Assembly: GCA_947463705.1 (NCBI GenBank)
Contig: CANHSO010000003.1
Span: 1-43,241 of the forward strand
DNA length: 43,241 bases
Source: Bacteriovoracaceae bacterium
GTDB lineage: Bacteria > Bdellovibrionota > UBA1018
Reading direction: 5' to 3'
The translations under genes were made by a program, and so were the position numbers. Every line of letters starts with the position of its first letter. Positions within the stretch are counted from its first letter, which is position 1. The notes beneath the pieces are model-generated. The model was not told where the DNA came from. It did not search any database and saw only the letters and a program-made list of their open reading frames with translations. Shown piece after piece: positions 1 through 7,981 of this stretch.

Positions 1-2
1 CG

Positions 3-698
3 ACACTTATTTTTGCGACCGTTCACGGAGATGAGATCACGCCGCTTTATTTAGCAATTGAGCTGGTACATTGGCTCAAGGACCGAGAAAAAGAGTGGAC
101 CAACACGCGCGTGGTTGTTGCACCTTTGGTGAATCCGGATGGATTTTTCAGCAGACCTAGAACTCGGATGAATGCCCGAGGTGTGGACGTGAATCGTAAT
201 TTTACCACTGGAGATTGGTCAACTAAGGCATTGCCTGCTTGGAGAAAGAAATTTCGGTCGGACCCTCGTCGCTTTCCTGGGCGCGAACCGAGTTCTGAGC
301 CAGAGACCAAATTTCAAGAGGATCTGATTCGAAAAATTCGACCGACCAAGATACTTTCAGTTCACTCACCCTTAAATTTTTTGGATTACGATGGGCCGAG
401 TCAGCTCACTTTGGAAAAATTTCCGACGGATTACGCCAAAAGCTGCGAGAAACTCAAAAAAGCCCTGAAAGCGATCACAGGCGGCTTCTATCCAGGCTCC
501 CTAGGTAACTATGCTGGGCGCGAGCTCGGCATTCCAACAGTGACTTTGGAGTTGCCTTCAGCAGATCCTAAAAAGGCAGCTCTTTATTGGAAAAAGTTTT
601 CCCTCGGGATTCATAAAATGATCGAATTCTCGGTGCCTAAGTACGAGTCTGGAAAATTGGAGAGGACTGATGCCCCAGTCAATCATTCTGGAGGCTAA
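3..698 (+). CDS. mpaA: M14-family zinc carboxypeptidase, murein peptide amidase A-like (5'-partial, begins before the window)
   Basis: The frame is open from base 3: TLIFATVHGDE (HxxE), NPDG, NARGVDVNRNF, SEPET, SVHSP, PGSLGNY and TLELP are all M14/MpaA motifs. Confidence 0.8.
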   Translation, partial: TLIFATVHGDEITPLYLAIELVHWLKDREKEWTNTRVVVAPLVNPDGFFSRPRTRMNARGVDVNRNFTTGDWSTKALPAWRKKFRSDPRRFPGREPSSEPETKFQEDLIRKIRPTKILSVHSPLNFLDYDGPSQLTLEKFPTDYAKSCEKLKKALKAITGGFYPGSLGNYAGRELGIPTVTLELPSADPKKAALYWKKFSLGIHKMIEFSVPKYESGKLERTDAPVNHSGG

Positions 699-2187
699 TT
701 GCCTCTCGAATCAGAGGTGGGTCCGGAGGGTTTCCTTTCTCTTCTTTGTTTTTCTCCTCATTCAAGGAGGCACCCTGGGCTTGAGCGATGACGAGGCCTA
801 CTATTGGGTTCTCGCTCAAAAGCCAGCGCTGGGTTACGCCTTTCATCCTCCGGTAGTGGCTTGGTTGATTACCTTATTTCAAAAATGCTTCAGCTGGGTC
901 TTTGGAGTGGGCTCAGTTATTTTAGTTCGGCTCCCCGCTGCCACAGGGATGAGTTTGGTTTTGGGCCTAGGTTTAACCTGGTTGGATGAAGCGACGCGGG
1001 ATCAAAACGTTCAGATTGTCCGAGCTCCCTGGGTCCTTCTCTCGTTCGCTGGGCTATTTGGCTTAGCTTGGCTCATGGTCCCCGACGTCCCACTTTTTCT
1101 AGCCTGGACCCTTTCTTTTCTATCGACCTGGAGGGTTTGTTTTGGTGCCGCTCAAAAACGAGATCGATTTCTATTGATGGCTTCAGCAGCAGGTTTGGTA
1201 TTGTCCAAATATTCTGGGATTCTTGCAGTTGCTTCCTGTTTGACCTGTTTACAGTTTTGGGCCTCACCAGTCAGTAAACGTCAGTTCCAGGCCTGGGTGG
1301 TTGCAGGATTAGTTTTGGGTGTAGTTCCGATCCTGATTTGGAATTCTCAACACGAGTGGGCCTCAATTCTATATCAACTGAGAGAGAGGCATTCCGGAGA
1401 GTCGTGGTCCCTGACTCGTTGGTTGCGATTTTGGCTGATTGAGGCTGTTGCTGCTGGTCCTATTTTGATTGGATATTTTTTCTTTTTGAATAAAAAAATA
1501 TTCACCCGGGCTGGAAGTCGAATTGAGCAATTCCTTTGGATTTGGATAGCGCCAGCCGCGTTGGTTTTTTGTTTTCAGCCGCTTTTCGCTGCGTTTAAAC
1601 CTCACTGGGCCTTTATTGTTTGGTGGCCTGTGGTTCTTGGATTAGCTGTTGTTCAGATGATCCGGAATTCGCGTTGGGTTAGGTTTCAAGTGCTTTACGG
1701 AGTTTCGTTGATTGCTCTCGTTGTTTTATCGAGTCACTGGCCTCTGATGGGAGTCCTTTTGTCGAAGTTTCAGGGCGACTCTTACCAAGTCACTTGGGAT
1801 GTAACTAATGACTTCTACGGATGGTCTCAACTGCGAGGGAAGATGGCCAGTACTCTATCACCCAGTGACCTCGCCCTTCCCGTCATTGGGTCTCGATATC
1901 AAACAGCTGCTCAGGCCGCCTTTAGTTTGGCAGGCTCTTCACAGGTGACTTTGATTCCTCGGGATTTAAAAGAGCGCGACGAGTGGCCTGATTTGCAGGT
2001 CTCCCTCCATGAGGCAGTAGGTGGCTCGAAGCTGACGAAGCCCGTCCTCTTTGTCGCGGATAACCGTTATTCTGAGCAACCTCATTTTGCGGGCGCTCGT
2101 TGCGAATTGCTGAATCGATTTGACCAGCATCGCGGAGCTCTTCTGGCGAAGTGGATCGAGTTGTGGAAGTGTGTTCCTGAGAGTTGA
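670..2187 (+). CDS. ArnT/PMT-like polytopic glycosyltransferase (GT-C fold)
   Basis: DDEAYYW, YAFHPP, PDVP and SKY motifs, about 11 hydrophobic segments and a periplasmic C-terminal domain. Confidence 0.8.
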   Translation: MPQSIILEANCLSNQRWVRRVSFLFFVFLLIQGGTLGLSDDEAYYWVLAQKPALGYAFHPPVVAWLITLFQKCFSWVFGVGSVILVRLPAATGMSLVLGLGLTWLDEATRDQNVQIVRAPWVLLSFAGLFGLAWLMVPDVPLFLAWTLSFLSTWRVCFGAAQKRDRFLLMASAAGLVLSKYSGILAVASCLTCLQFWASPVSKRQFQAWVVAGLVLGVVPILIWNSQHEWASILYQLRERHSGESWSLTRWLRFWLIEAVAAGPILIGYFFFLNKKIFTRAGSRIEQFLWIWIAPAALVFCFQPLFAAFKPHWAFIVWWPVVLGLAVVQMIRNSRWVRFQVLYGVSLIALVVLSSHWPLMGVLLSKFQGDSYQVTWDVTNDFYGWSQLRGKMASTLSPSDLALPVIGSRYQTAAQAAFSLAGSSQVTLIPRDLKERDEWPDLQVSLHEAVGGSKLTKPVLFVADNRYSEQPHFAGARCELLNRFDQHRGALLAKWIELWKCVPES

Positions 2188-2746
2188 GCTCCTGCTCGGG
2201 CTCTTTTCTTAGGGGCGCCATGGCATTTTCATGAACTGAGTCAATGAGGGTTCTGGGTTGTTCCGATATCTGGGGTGGCTGCGTGTTGAGGCCTGCATTT
2301 TCCTGTGACTCTGAGTTGAGTCTGAGAACAGAATTTCCTCGCATGACTAAATTTGCGCCTGAAAACACAACTACGAAAGCTGCTGCAACAACCCCCACTT
2401 TCGATAACCTAAAGTCGCGTTTTAGTCCTCCGATCTGAGGCTTAAACTCAATTGGCGAGCGATGAATTGGAGTAGGAGGTGCTGGCGGGGGTTGCATCGA
2501 CTTGATCTTGAGAAGGCGTGCTGAGGCCTCTTGCGAGAGCACAGCGACCGCCGAATCGGAGGATCGTTCTGGAAGTAAAACTTTCTCTCCTGGGGGGGCC
2601 TGATCCACCTTGATGATATTCATTTCTGCCCTTCGGATGAGAGCAAAGCCACCGCAAGTGTAGCACTTTGAGAAAGACCATCCTGGGCCGATTTGAGTTT
2701 CTTGAAGTGCCAACAGAACTCCACAATGGGGGCAATTCCAGTTCAT
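1922..2746 (-). CDS. Zinc-ribbon, Pro-rich, single-TM hypothetical protein (3' end doubtful)
   Basis: N-terminal CPHC...CYTC, PPPAPP linker, TM segment VGVVAAAFVVVFSGA, SD AAGGAG. The last 266 nt overlap the convergent glycosyltransferase gene. Confidence 0.65.
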   Translation of the reverse strand: MNWNCPHCGVLLALQETQIGPGWSFSKCYTCGGFALIRRAEMNIIKVDQAPPGEKVLLPERSSDSAVAVLSQEASARLLKIKSMQPPPAPPTPIHRSPIEFKPQIGGLKRDFRLSKVGVVAAAFVVVFSGANLVMRGNSVLRLNSESQENAGLNTQPPQISEQPRTLIDSVHENAMAPLRKEPEQELNSQEHTSTTRSTSPEELRDAGQIDSAIRNERPQNEVAQNNGYPRQRGRASSASSHLLPHGGRPANQATRRALLNPEESKSPVKSLPN

Positions 2747-2791
2747 TTGGGTAGTCTCCTTTTTAAATTTTGTCGATTTAAACAGGTAGCG

Positions 2792-3565
2792 TCAATAGGC
2801 AGGTTTTGCCGCTTCGGTAGGCATCGGGATTGAGTCGGTTGTGGGTTCAAGTACTCGGAGCACTACTCTTCGGTTGGCGACGAGGGCCTTTGGGTCGAAG
2901 CTCCCAGTGCCTGTTCTCTCCATGGTTTTAGGATGAGTATCTGCGTAGCCAATCGCAATGAGTTTTTCTGGCTGAAATCCCTTGTCGATGAAACGCCTCG
3001 CCACACGGGCAGCGCGGGCGCTGGAGAGTTCCCAGTTCGAGGGGTAGAGGCCACCAGTGATGGGGCGTCCGTCTGTATGTCCCTCGATCACGATCCGATA
3101 CTGCTTAGCGGTAGTTTTTTGTTCCTTTAAAATGCCGTCGATAAAAGTAGTTAGGACCTCAGAACCCTGCTCCTTAATTTCGGCACTCAGAGTGTCAAAA
3201 AAGACAGTCGACTGAAACGAAATTGAGACTCCAAGGGGATCAGCCTTAATCTCAACTCCGTCAGTCACCTGAAGGTCTCGGGTGAACTGTTCGAGGTGCT
3301 TAGCGAGCTCTTTAGGTGGCGATTCGTACTTTCCGCCAAACTGTTTTGAGACCTCTGCCTTGAAATTGTCGTATTTAGGCTCATCCAATTTCGCCATACT
3401 AAAAAGCATGATGAAAAAACCGCAAAGAAGCGTCATCATATCGGCATAAGAAACAAGCCAGTTGCTCTCATCTTCCGAGGCAGTAAGGATGCGCTCATCC
3501 GCTCTTTTAGCCTTCTTGAGAGCTGCTTCGAATTCTGCTTTTAGAGCCTTGGCGGAAAGTGGCAT
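2792..3565 (-). CDS. motB: MotB-family stator protein
   Basis: WLVSYADMMTLL TM with the conserved Asp, a plug-like helix (KYDNFKAEVSKQFGG), and an OmpA-like domain (EGHTD, NWELSSARA, GYAD, NRRV). ATG at 3565 lies 7 nt after GAGGA. Confidence 0.93.
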   Translation of the reverse strand: MPLSAKALKAEFEAALKKAKRADERILTASEDESNWLVSYADMMTLLCGFFIMLFSMAKLDEPKYDNFKAEVSKQFGGKYESPPKELAKHLEQFTRDLQVTDGVEIKADPLGVSISFQSTVFFDTLSAEIKEQGSEVLTTFIDGILKEQKTTAKQYRIVIEGHTDGRPITGGLYPSNWELSSARAARVARRFIDKGFQPEKLIAIGYADTHPKTMERTGTGSFDPKALVANRRVVLRVLEPTTDSIPMPTEAAKPAY

Positions 3566-3576
3566 CTTCAATTCCT

Positions 3577-4359
3577 CTAGGCGGCCTTACGATGCACGCG
3601 ATCCTTGGGGAGCAGGTAGGAATTAAGGTGCTCTCGCAAGGCGATTGGATTTGCTTGGGCCTTGATTCGAATCATGCCTTCCATGATCATCTTTCTGAGG
3701 GCGACCTCTTCGTGGGTTCGCTCAGTTAAATTTTCAGCAATCGGAATGAAGATCAGATTAGCAAGTGTGATTCCGTAAAGTGTTCCAATGAGGCCGATTG
3801 ACATCGCTGGCCCGATGAGTTTCTGACTGTCGGGCTGTCCAATTTTCTGGAGGAGGCTAATCATGCCCAGAGTTGTTGCCAGGAGTCCAAATGCAGGAGG
3901 AAATTTTCCAATGATTCTGAACATATTCGCTTCCTGCATGTAGCGGGTCTCGACTGTCTTCAGTCTTTGCTCGAGAACATCCCTGATCTCAGCTTCATTG
4001 AGCACTCCGGAGGAAACGAGAGAGGCTGCCTCCTTTAGAAATTCGTGTTTGAGATTGGGGATGACCTCGTTGATATTGCTCGCCCCCGCTGCGGCCTTTC
4101 GGCTCACTTCAAGGATTTGATTAATTACATCCTGATAGTCAGTCCTGTGTCTGCCTAAAACCCTGAGTAAAAAAACCTTCAAAAGCGTGACTACTCTGAA
4201 AATTGGAAAGCTAATACTTGCAGCAGCTGCTGTTCCACCGCAGACAATGAGAATTCCGTGGAAATCGAGAAACATCTCCATGTGATCGGTCGTTGCTCTC
4301 AGGGCAGAGAAAATTACGCTGATACCTAAAAAAATCCCAACTAATGAAGAAAAATTCAT
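3577..4359 (-). CDS. motA: MotA-family stator protein
   Basis: Four TM segments with IVCGGT, PAFG, GTLYG and FIPIA. Start moved to ATG 4359 (ATGA overlap with the upstream stop, SD present). Confidence 0.93.
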   Translation of the reverse strand: MNFSSLVGIFLGISVIFSALRATTDHMEMFLDFHGILIVCGGTAAAASISFPIFRVVTLLKVFLLRVLGRHRTDYQDVINQILEVSRKAAAGASNINEVIPNLKHEFLKEAASLVSSGVLNEAEIRDVLEQRLKTVETRYMQEANMFRIIGKFPPAFGLLATTLGMISLLQKIGQPDSQKLIGPAMSIGLIGTLYGITLANLIFIPIAENLTERTHEEVALRKMIMEGMIRIKAQANPIALREHLNSYLLPKDRVHRKAA

Positions 4360-4868
4360 GAGGCTTGCTCCCCTCTCCTTAACGCGCTCTCCCAAAGTTG
4401 ATATTGGCTGATTACATATTTATCGTTCAATTCTCGAACTATTGAGGCGAGTACCTTGACGCAGTTTGAAAGGAATTTATGCTCAAGCTCACTTGAGCTT
4501 GAGATAAACGACTTGAATTCATCTCTGGGAATCGAGTAAACAGCCACCTGAGTGAGTGCTCTGACGGTTGTCGATCTCGGGTTTTCGTCTACAAGAGACA
4601 TTTCCCCAAAAACAGCGCCGGCGCGGAGATGTCCGATATCATAGTTTTGGCCATTAAGAGAATTCGTCTTGAATACGCCTACTATTCCTTTTGTAATTAT
4701 ATAGAGGCCTCCAGAAATTTCACCTTCGATAATAATATTAGTATGGTCCTCAAAGATCATCATGCGTCCTAAGTCAAGAATTCTCTCGAGCTCGGAATCA
4801 GAAAAGCTCGAAAGTAGTCCGATAGCATGCAGGCCTTTAATCGAAGGTCGTTGCGAGAGGTCAATCAT
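4356..4868 (-). CDS. Stand-alone cyclic-nucleotide-binding domain protein
   Basis: LYIITKG-V-V and the phosphate-binding cassette FGEMSLVDENPRSTTVRA, followed by a C-helix. No HTH. Confidence 0.9.
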   Translation of the reverse strand: MIDLSQRPSIKGLHAIGLLSSFSDSELERILDLGRMMIFEDHTNIIIEGEISGGLYIITKGIVGVFKTNSLNGQNYDIGHLRAGAVFGEMSLVDENPRSTTVRALTQVAVYSIPRDEFKSFISSSSELEHKFLSNCVKVLASIVRELNDKYVISQYQLWESALRRGEQAS

Positions 4869-7204
4869 ACAGCCCCTCCCATGCCTCTGATTTTATCCAT
4901 GGTTCTTGTTCGATCTCCGGTGATTCCACCGCTATCCATGGAACCAGAATTAGCGAACATGCGATCGTTGGTTTCAATTAGGTTGAGCTGGCCTTCTGTT
5001 GCCATGAGTCTGACTCGATTAATGATTTTTCTTTCCACATTTTGATAGGTTTCTCGACTTACGGTACGAATCTGCGCAAGTTCGTCTTCGAGTTCTAGAA
5101 CGAGTTCAGGAGGAGACTTGGAGAAGATGGTCTTGCGAATCGCATCGGGAGAGCCTTTCAAGAAGTGGAGTAATTCCTCGTGTTTGAGACTCAAAATGAC
5201 TTCAAGAAGCTGGCCGTCTCGCAGAAATAGGAGAGTGTCGATACTAATGAGCTTGCTCTTGATGGTTCTAGCACTGTCCGGATTCGCATTCTCGAGACCA
5301 TGAATGACCGTCTTTTGCATCGCAAGACCAGTTCGTTCTAAGAGACTGACGAGGACTTCGGAGCCTGGGAGTGCTTCGGTGTTCAGTTTTGGATTTTCAA
5401 CTTTTTTACGTTTGAGTGCAACAGCTACATTGTAGATAAAGTCTTTAGGAAGATAATCGATTCGAGACAGTTCAGTGAGGAGTTCCATTCGGATTTCAGG
5501 ATCAAGATGGGCGTAGATATGGGCCCGCTTTTGGGAGTCACATTGGGTGAGGATGATTGATTTAACGGTGAGCGATTCACTTTTGATGAGGTCTAAAATT
5601 TGTTCTCCATCCATTTCTGAGAGGAAGTCGAAAAGTCGGGTGGATCGATTCCCAATGACAGCCAGCTTGCCTGAGACAGTGCGATTATAGAGCTTTTTCA
5701 GGAGTATCAATTTTTCCTCATCGGTTAAATCGGTCGGATTTTTTGAGTAAAACTCGAGGAGTTCATTGAGATCAGTTTGGAGGCTAGGATCTCTCAGCAT
5801 CTCGATCACGATTCCTTCGCCAAATAGGTTGATACACTCAGCAGTGGTCTCCACTCCCTCTTCAGTGAGCACTTTGGAGAATACATGCTTAGCTACTTTC
5901 GGATTCTGCGCGTAGATTGAGTTGAGTTCGTCATGGAGTCGCTCGACTTCGAATCGCATCGAATAGGGAGAATTCCTGGTCCTCGCTTCAGAGTTAGATG
6001 AAATTGGACTCGCGGACACATTCGAATTTGAGACAGGATCTGATACCATGTTCTGAAATACTCGTTGCACGGATGAGGCTGCCTCGCCTGGTCGAGTTTT
6101 CAGCGTGGACATGGCAATGAAAAGGAGAAGCGCTAGAACTGAAAAAGCAAAAATGAGCCCTGCAATCTTGAATTTATCGAGTTCTTTTTGGACCGCATCT
6201 CCATTTTCGACGCGTTCAATTTTTTCGGTTCGGCTGTAGCGATCTTCCTTTAAGCTTTTCTCTTGGTTGTTATTAGTTGAGTTGTTTTGATTTGAATTGT
6301 TTGCTGTGGATGTCTTTGAATCGCTAGAGTCGTTCTTTGTAGAATTTTCTAATTTTTCTGACGAGATCGAGGCGGGACGGCGGTCTTTAATGCGCTCGGG
6401 CGCAGTCGTACTGGACATATTATTGACCAGCGCCTTAGGGAATTTTAGGGTTTTTCCATTGACGCTGAGATTTTTGAATCCACTGTTTTTCAGGCGAACC
6501 ATCTGTAGGATATTTGCTTGTTCTTCGATGGTGAGGTCCTGATCCATCAAAAGTGTGGCATCGATTTGCTTGATTTTGACTGCAACGTCCCCTTCTTGAA
6601 TGTAGTCTCCTCCTGATCCATACTGGAGTTCTTCAATATTGACGACTTCGGTTTGGAGATTAAAGTCAGTCAGGATGCAGGAGCGAGGACAGTATTCTTG
6701 GATGAGATCGTGCGTGTTGGTCTGAAAGGTTTTTTCGATTTTGCTCCGAATTGCAGCAATTTTTGCGTCGGTGCCATGGGGGAGAGGAAAGTGAGTGATT
6801 TGAGTATCAATCTTGACTGGGTAGTCTAGTGTGTCTAGGTATTGCTGTAGGAGTTCAAGGAGTTTTCCTCGAGAGATCGGACCCACTTTGTCATCAATGA
6901 GTAGGCGAACTTGAGCCGATACGGGTGCTAAGTCGAAACCTTTCTTGACTTCAATATCATCGAAGCCGGGACTAATCTGATCGGGTGTATTGACATCTAC
7001 TACTACTTTAACTCCCATGAGTTTACAGTCTTCGGCACAGTATTGATCTAAGAGAGGTTTAATCAGATTCTTCACCTGAGTTTCTGCAGTGCGCTCAGTG
7101 AAGTCTGCTGAACGAGGTGGTGCGGCTTGAGCAGTCCTAACGATACCCGTTGCTGTAGATAGAATCAAACTCGCTGAAATTAAGAAGGTTCTCAGCAACT
7201 TCAT
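4865..7204 (-). CDS. FliF-like/FliG fusion membrane protein (signal peptide, 2x RBM3-like, TM, FliG N-M-C)
   Basis: Sec signal (TAQA), two periplasmic repeats, TM at about aa 346-366, then FliG-M-like LFDFLSEMDGEQILDLIKSE and FliG-C-like FLKG...IINRVRLMATEGQL. Confidence 0.85.
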   Translation of the reverse strand: MKLLRTFLISASLILSTATGIVRTAQAAPPRSADFTERTAETQVKNLIKPLLDQYCAEDCKLMGVKVVVDVNTPDQISPGFDDIEVKKGFDLAPVSAQVRLLIDDKVGPISRGKLLELLQQYLDTLDYPVKIDTQITHFPLPHGTDAKIAAIRSKIEKTFQTNTHDLIQEYCPRSCILTDFNLQTEVVNIEELQYGSGGDYIQEGDVAVKIKQIDATLLMDQDLTIEEQANILQMVRLKNSGFKNLSVNGKTLKFPKALVNNMSSTTAPERIKDRRPASISSEKLENSTKNDSSDSKTSTANNSNQNNSTNNNQEKSLKEDRYSRTEKIERVENGDAVQKELDKFKIAGLIFAFSVLALLLFIAMSTLKTRPGEAASSVQRVFQNMVSDPVSNSNVSASPISSNSEARTRNSPYSMRFEVERLHDELNSIYAQNPKVAKHVFSKVLTEEGVETTAECINLFGEGIVIEMLRDPSLQTDLNELLEFYSKNPTDLTDEEKLILLKKLYNRTVSGKLAVIGNRSTRLFDFLSEMDGEQILDLIKSESLTVKSIILTQCDSQKRAHIYAHLDPEIRMELLTELSRIDYLPKDFIYNVAVALKRKKVENPKLNTEALPGSEVLVSLLERTGLAMQKTVIHGLENANPDSARTIKSKLISIDTLLFLRDGQLLEVILSLKHEELLHFLKGSPDAIRKTIFSKSPPELVLELEDELAQIRTVSRETYQNVERKIINRVRLMATEGQLNLIETNDRMFANSGSMDSGGITGDRTRTMDKIRGMGGAV
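6437..7085 (-). repeat. Two tandem ~100-aa protein-level repeats, each with YCxxxC and ending in FP
   Basis: LLDQYCAEDCKL...LLIDD...THFP versus LIQEYCPRSCIL...LLMDQ...LKFP. Boundaries are approximate. Confidence 0.7.
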
Positions 7205-7968
7205 TTTTTACCTCCGCCCCCTGGACCCGAGACGAACTGTTTATGTTCAATGAATTTCTTCAAGGTCAGATTTTTAGGATCGAGTTTGAGTGCCTGATTC
7301 CAAGATTTAAGAGCTAAATCCCTTTGCCCGAGCCGATCAAAGAGGGTCCCTCTCATTTCGTGAATTTTAGAATGGGTCGGATACAGTTTTAGGAGCTCAT
7401 CAGCTTCCAAGAGCGCTGCCTCAAAGCGGGCTATTTTAAATAATGCTTTGATATGGTCCATGGCCCCTAGGTAGCTCGATGCGTTTTCTGGAATCGAAGA
7501 ATCCTCGCTTGGGACTAAATAGAGATCTTTTTCGATCTGCGTTCTGGCTTCATCGCTTTCGGCAAAGGTCTGTGGTAACGACTGTAAGATTTCTCGATCT
7601 GAGATGCTCAGTGGCCGCATTTTATTCGTTTCTGATAGAGCGCTCACTGAGTCATCGATAGCTGCTTTCTCTTGATTTTTAAATGCGGGTGCAACAGGCA
7701 AGACAAAGTCACTCAGATTTTGGGAAGATCCGGGAAGCTCGAGCTCGACAGATCGGTCTCCTTTCTTAGTTCTGAGAACCATATTTTGGCCCGGATCGCC
7801 TTTTTCGCTGGGGCGGTAGTTCGAGAAGGGATTAGCAATGGGTTTAGAACGCTCTGCGGAGGATCCAGAGCCTAACCCAGATTGAGCGGTCGAGCACCCC
7901 CACAGTCCGAGACTGGAGAGCATAAAGACGAAGCAGGCGAGTTGTGCGGTTGCTCTGTCAGTCAGCAT
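7201..7968 (-). CDS. TPR-containing lipoprotein
   Basis: Start at ATG 7968 gives lipobox LWGC. C-terminal TPRs (EMRGTLFDRLGQRDLALKSWNQALKLDP). ATGA overlap with the next gene. Confidence 0.8.
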   Translation of the reverse strand: MLTDRATAQLACFVFMLSSLGLWGCSTAQSGLGSGSSAERSKPIANPFSNYRPSEKGDPGQNMVLRTKKGDRSVELELPGSSQNLSDFVLPVAPAFKNQEKAAIDDSVSALSETNKMRPLSISDREILQSLPQTFAESDEARTQIEKDLYLVPSEDSSIPENASSYLGAMDHIKALFKIARFEAALLEADELLKLYPTHSKIHEMRGTLFDRLGQRDLALKSWNQALKLDPKNLTLKKFIEHKQFVSGPGGGGKK

Positions 7969-7981
7969 GCTGTTCTGCCCT

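Noticed and set aside
2792-4359. Zorya ZorAB anti-phage motor, or ExbBD/TolQR/AglRQS
   Set aside because: MotA is 260 aa with no long ZorA tail and there are no zorC/D/E-like neighbours. The B subunit has a plug and an OmpA-like peptidoglycan-binding domain rather than an ExbD fold.
4865-5900. MgtE N-terminal domain instead of FliG
   Set aside because: FliG N, M and C segments occur in order, with LKG and the terminal EG.L motif, and no CBS or MgtE membrane domain is present.
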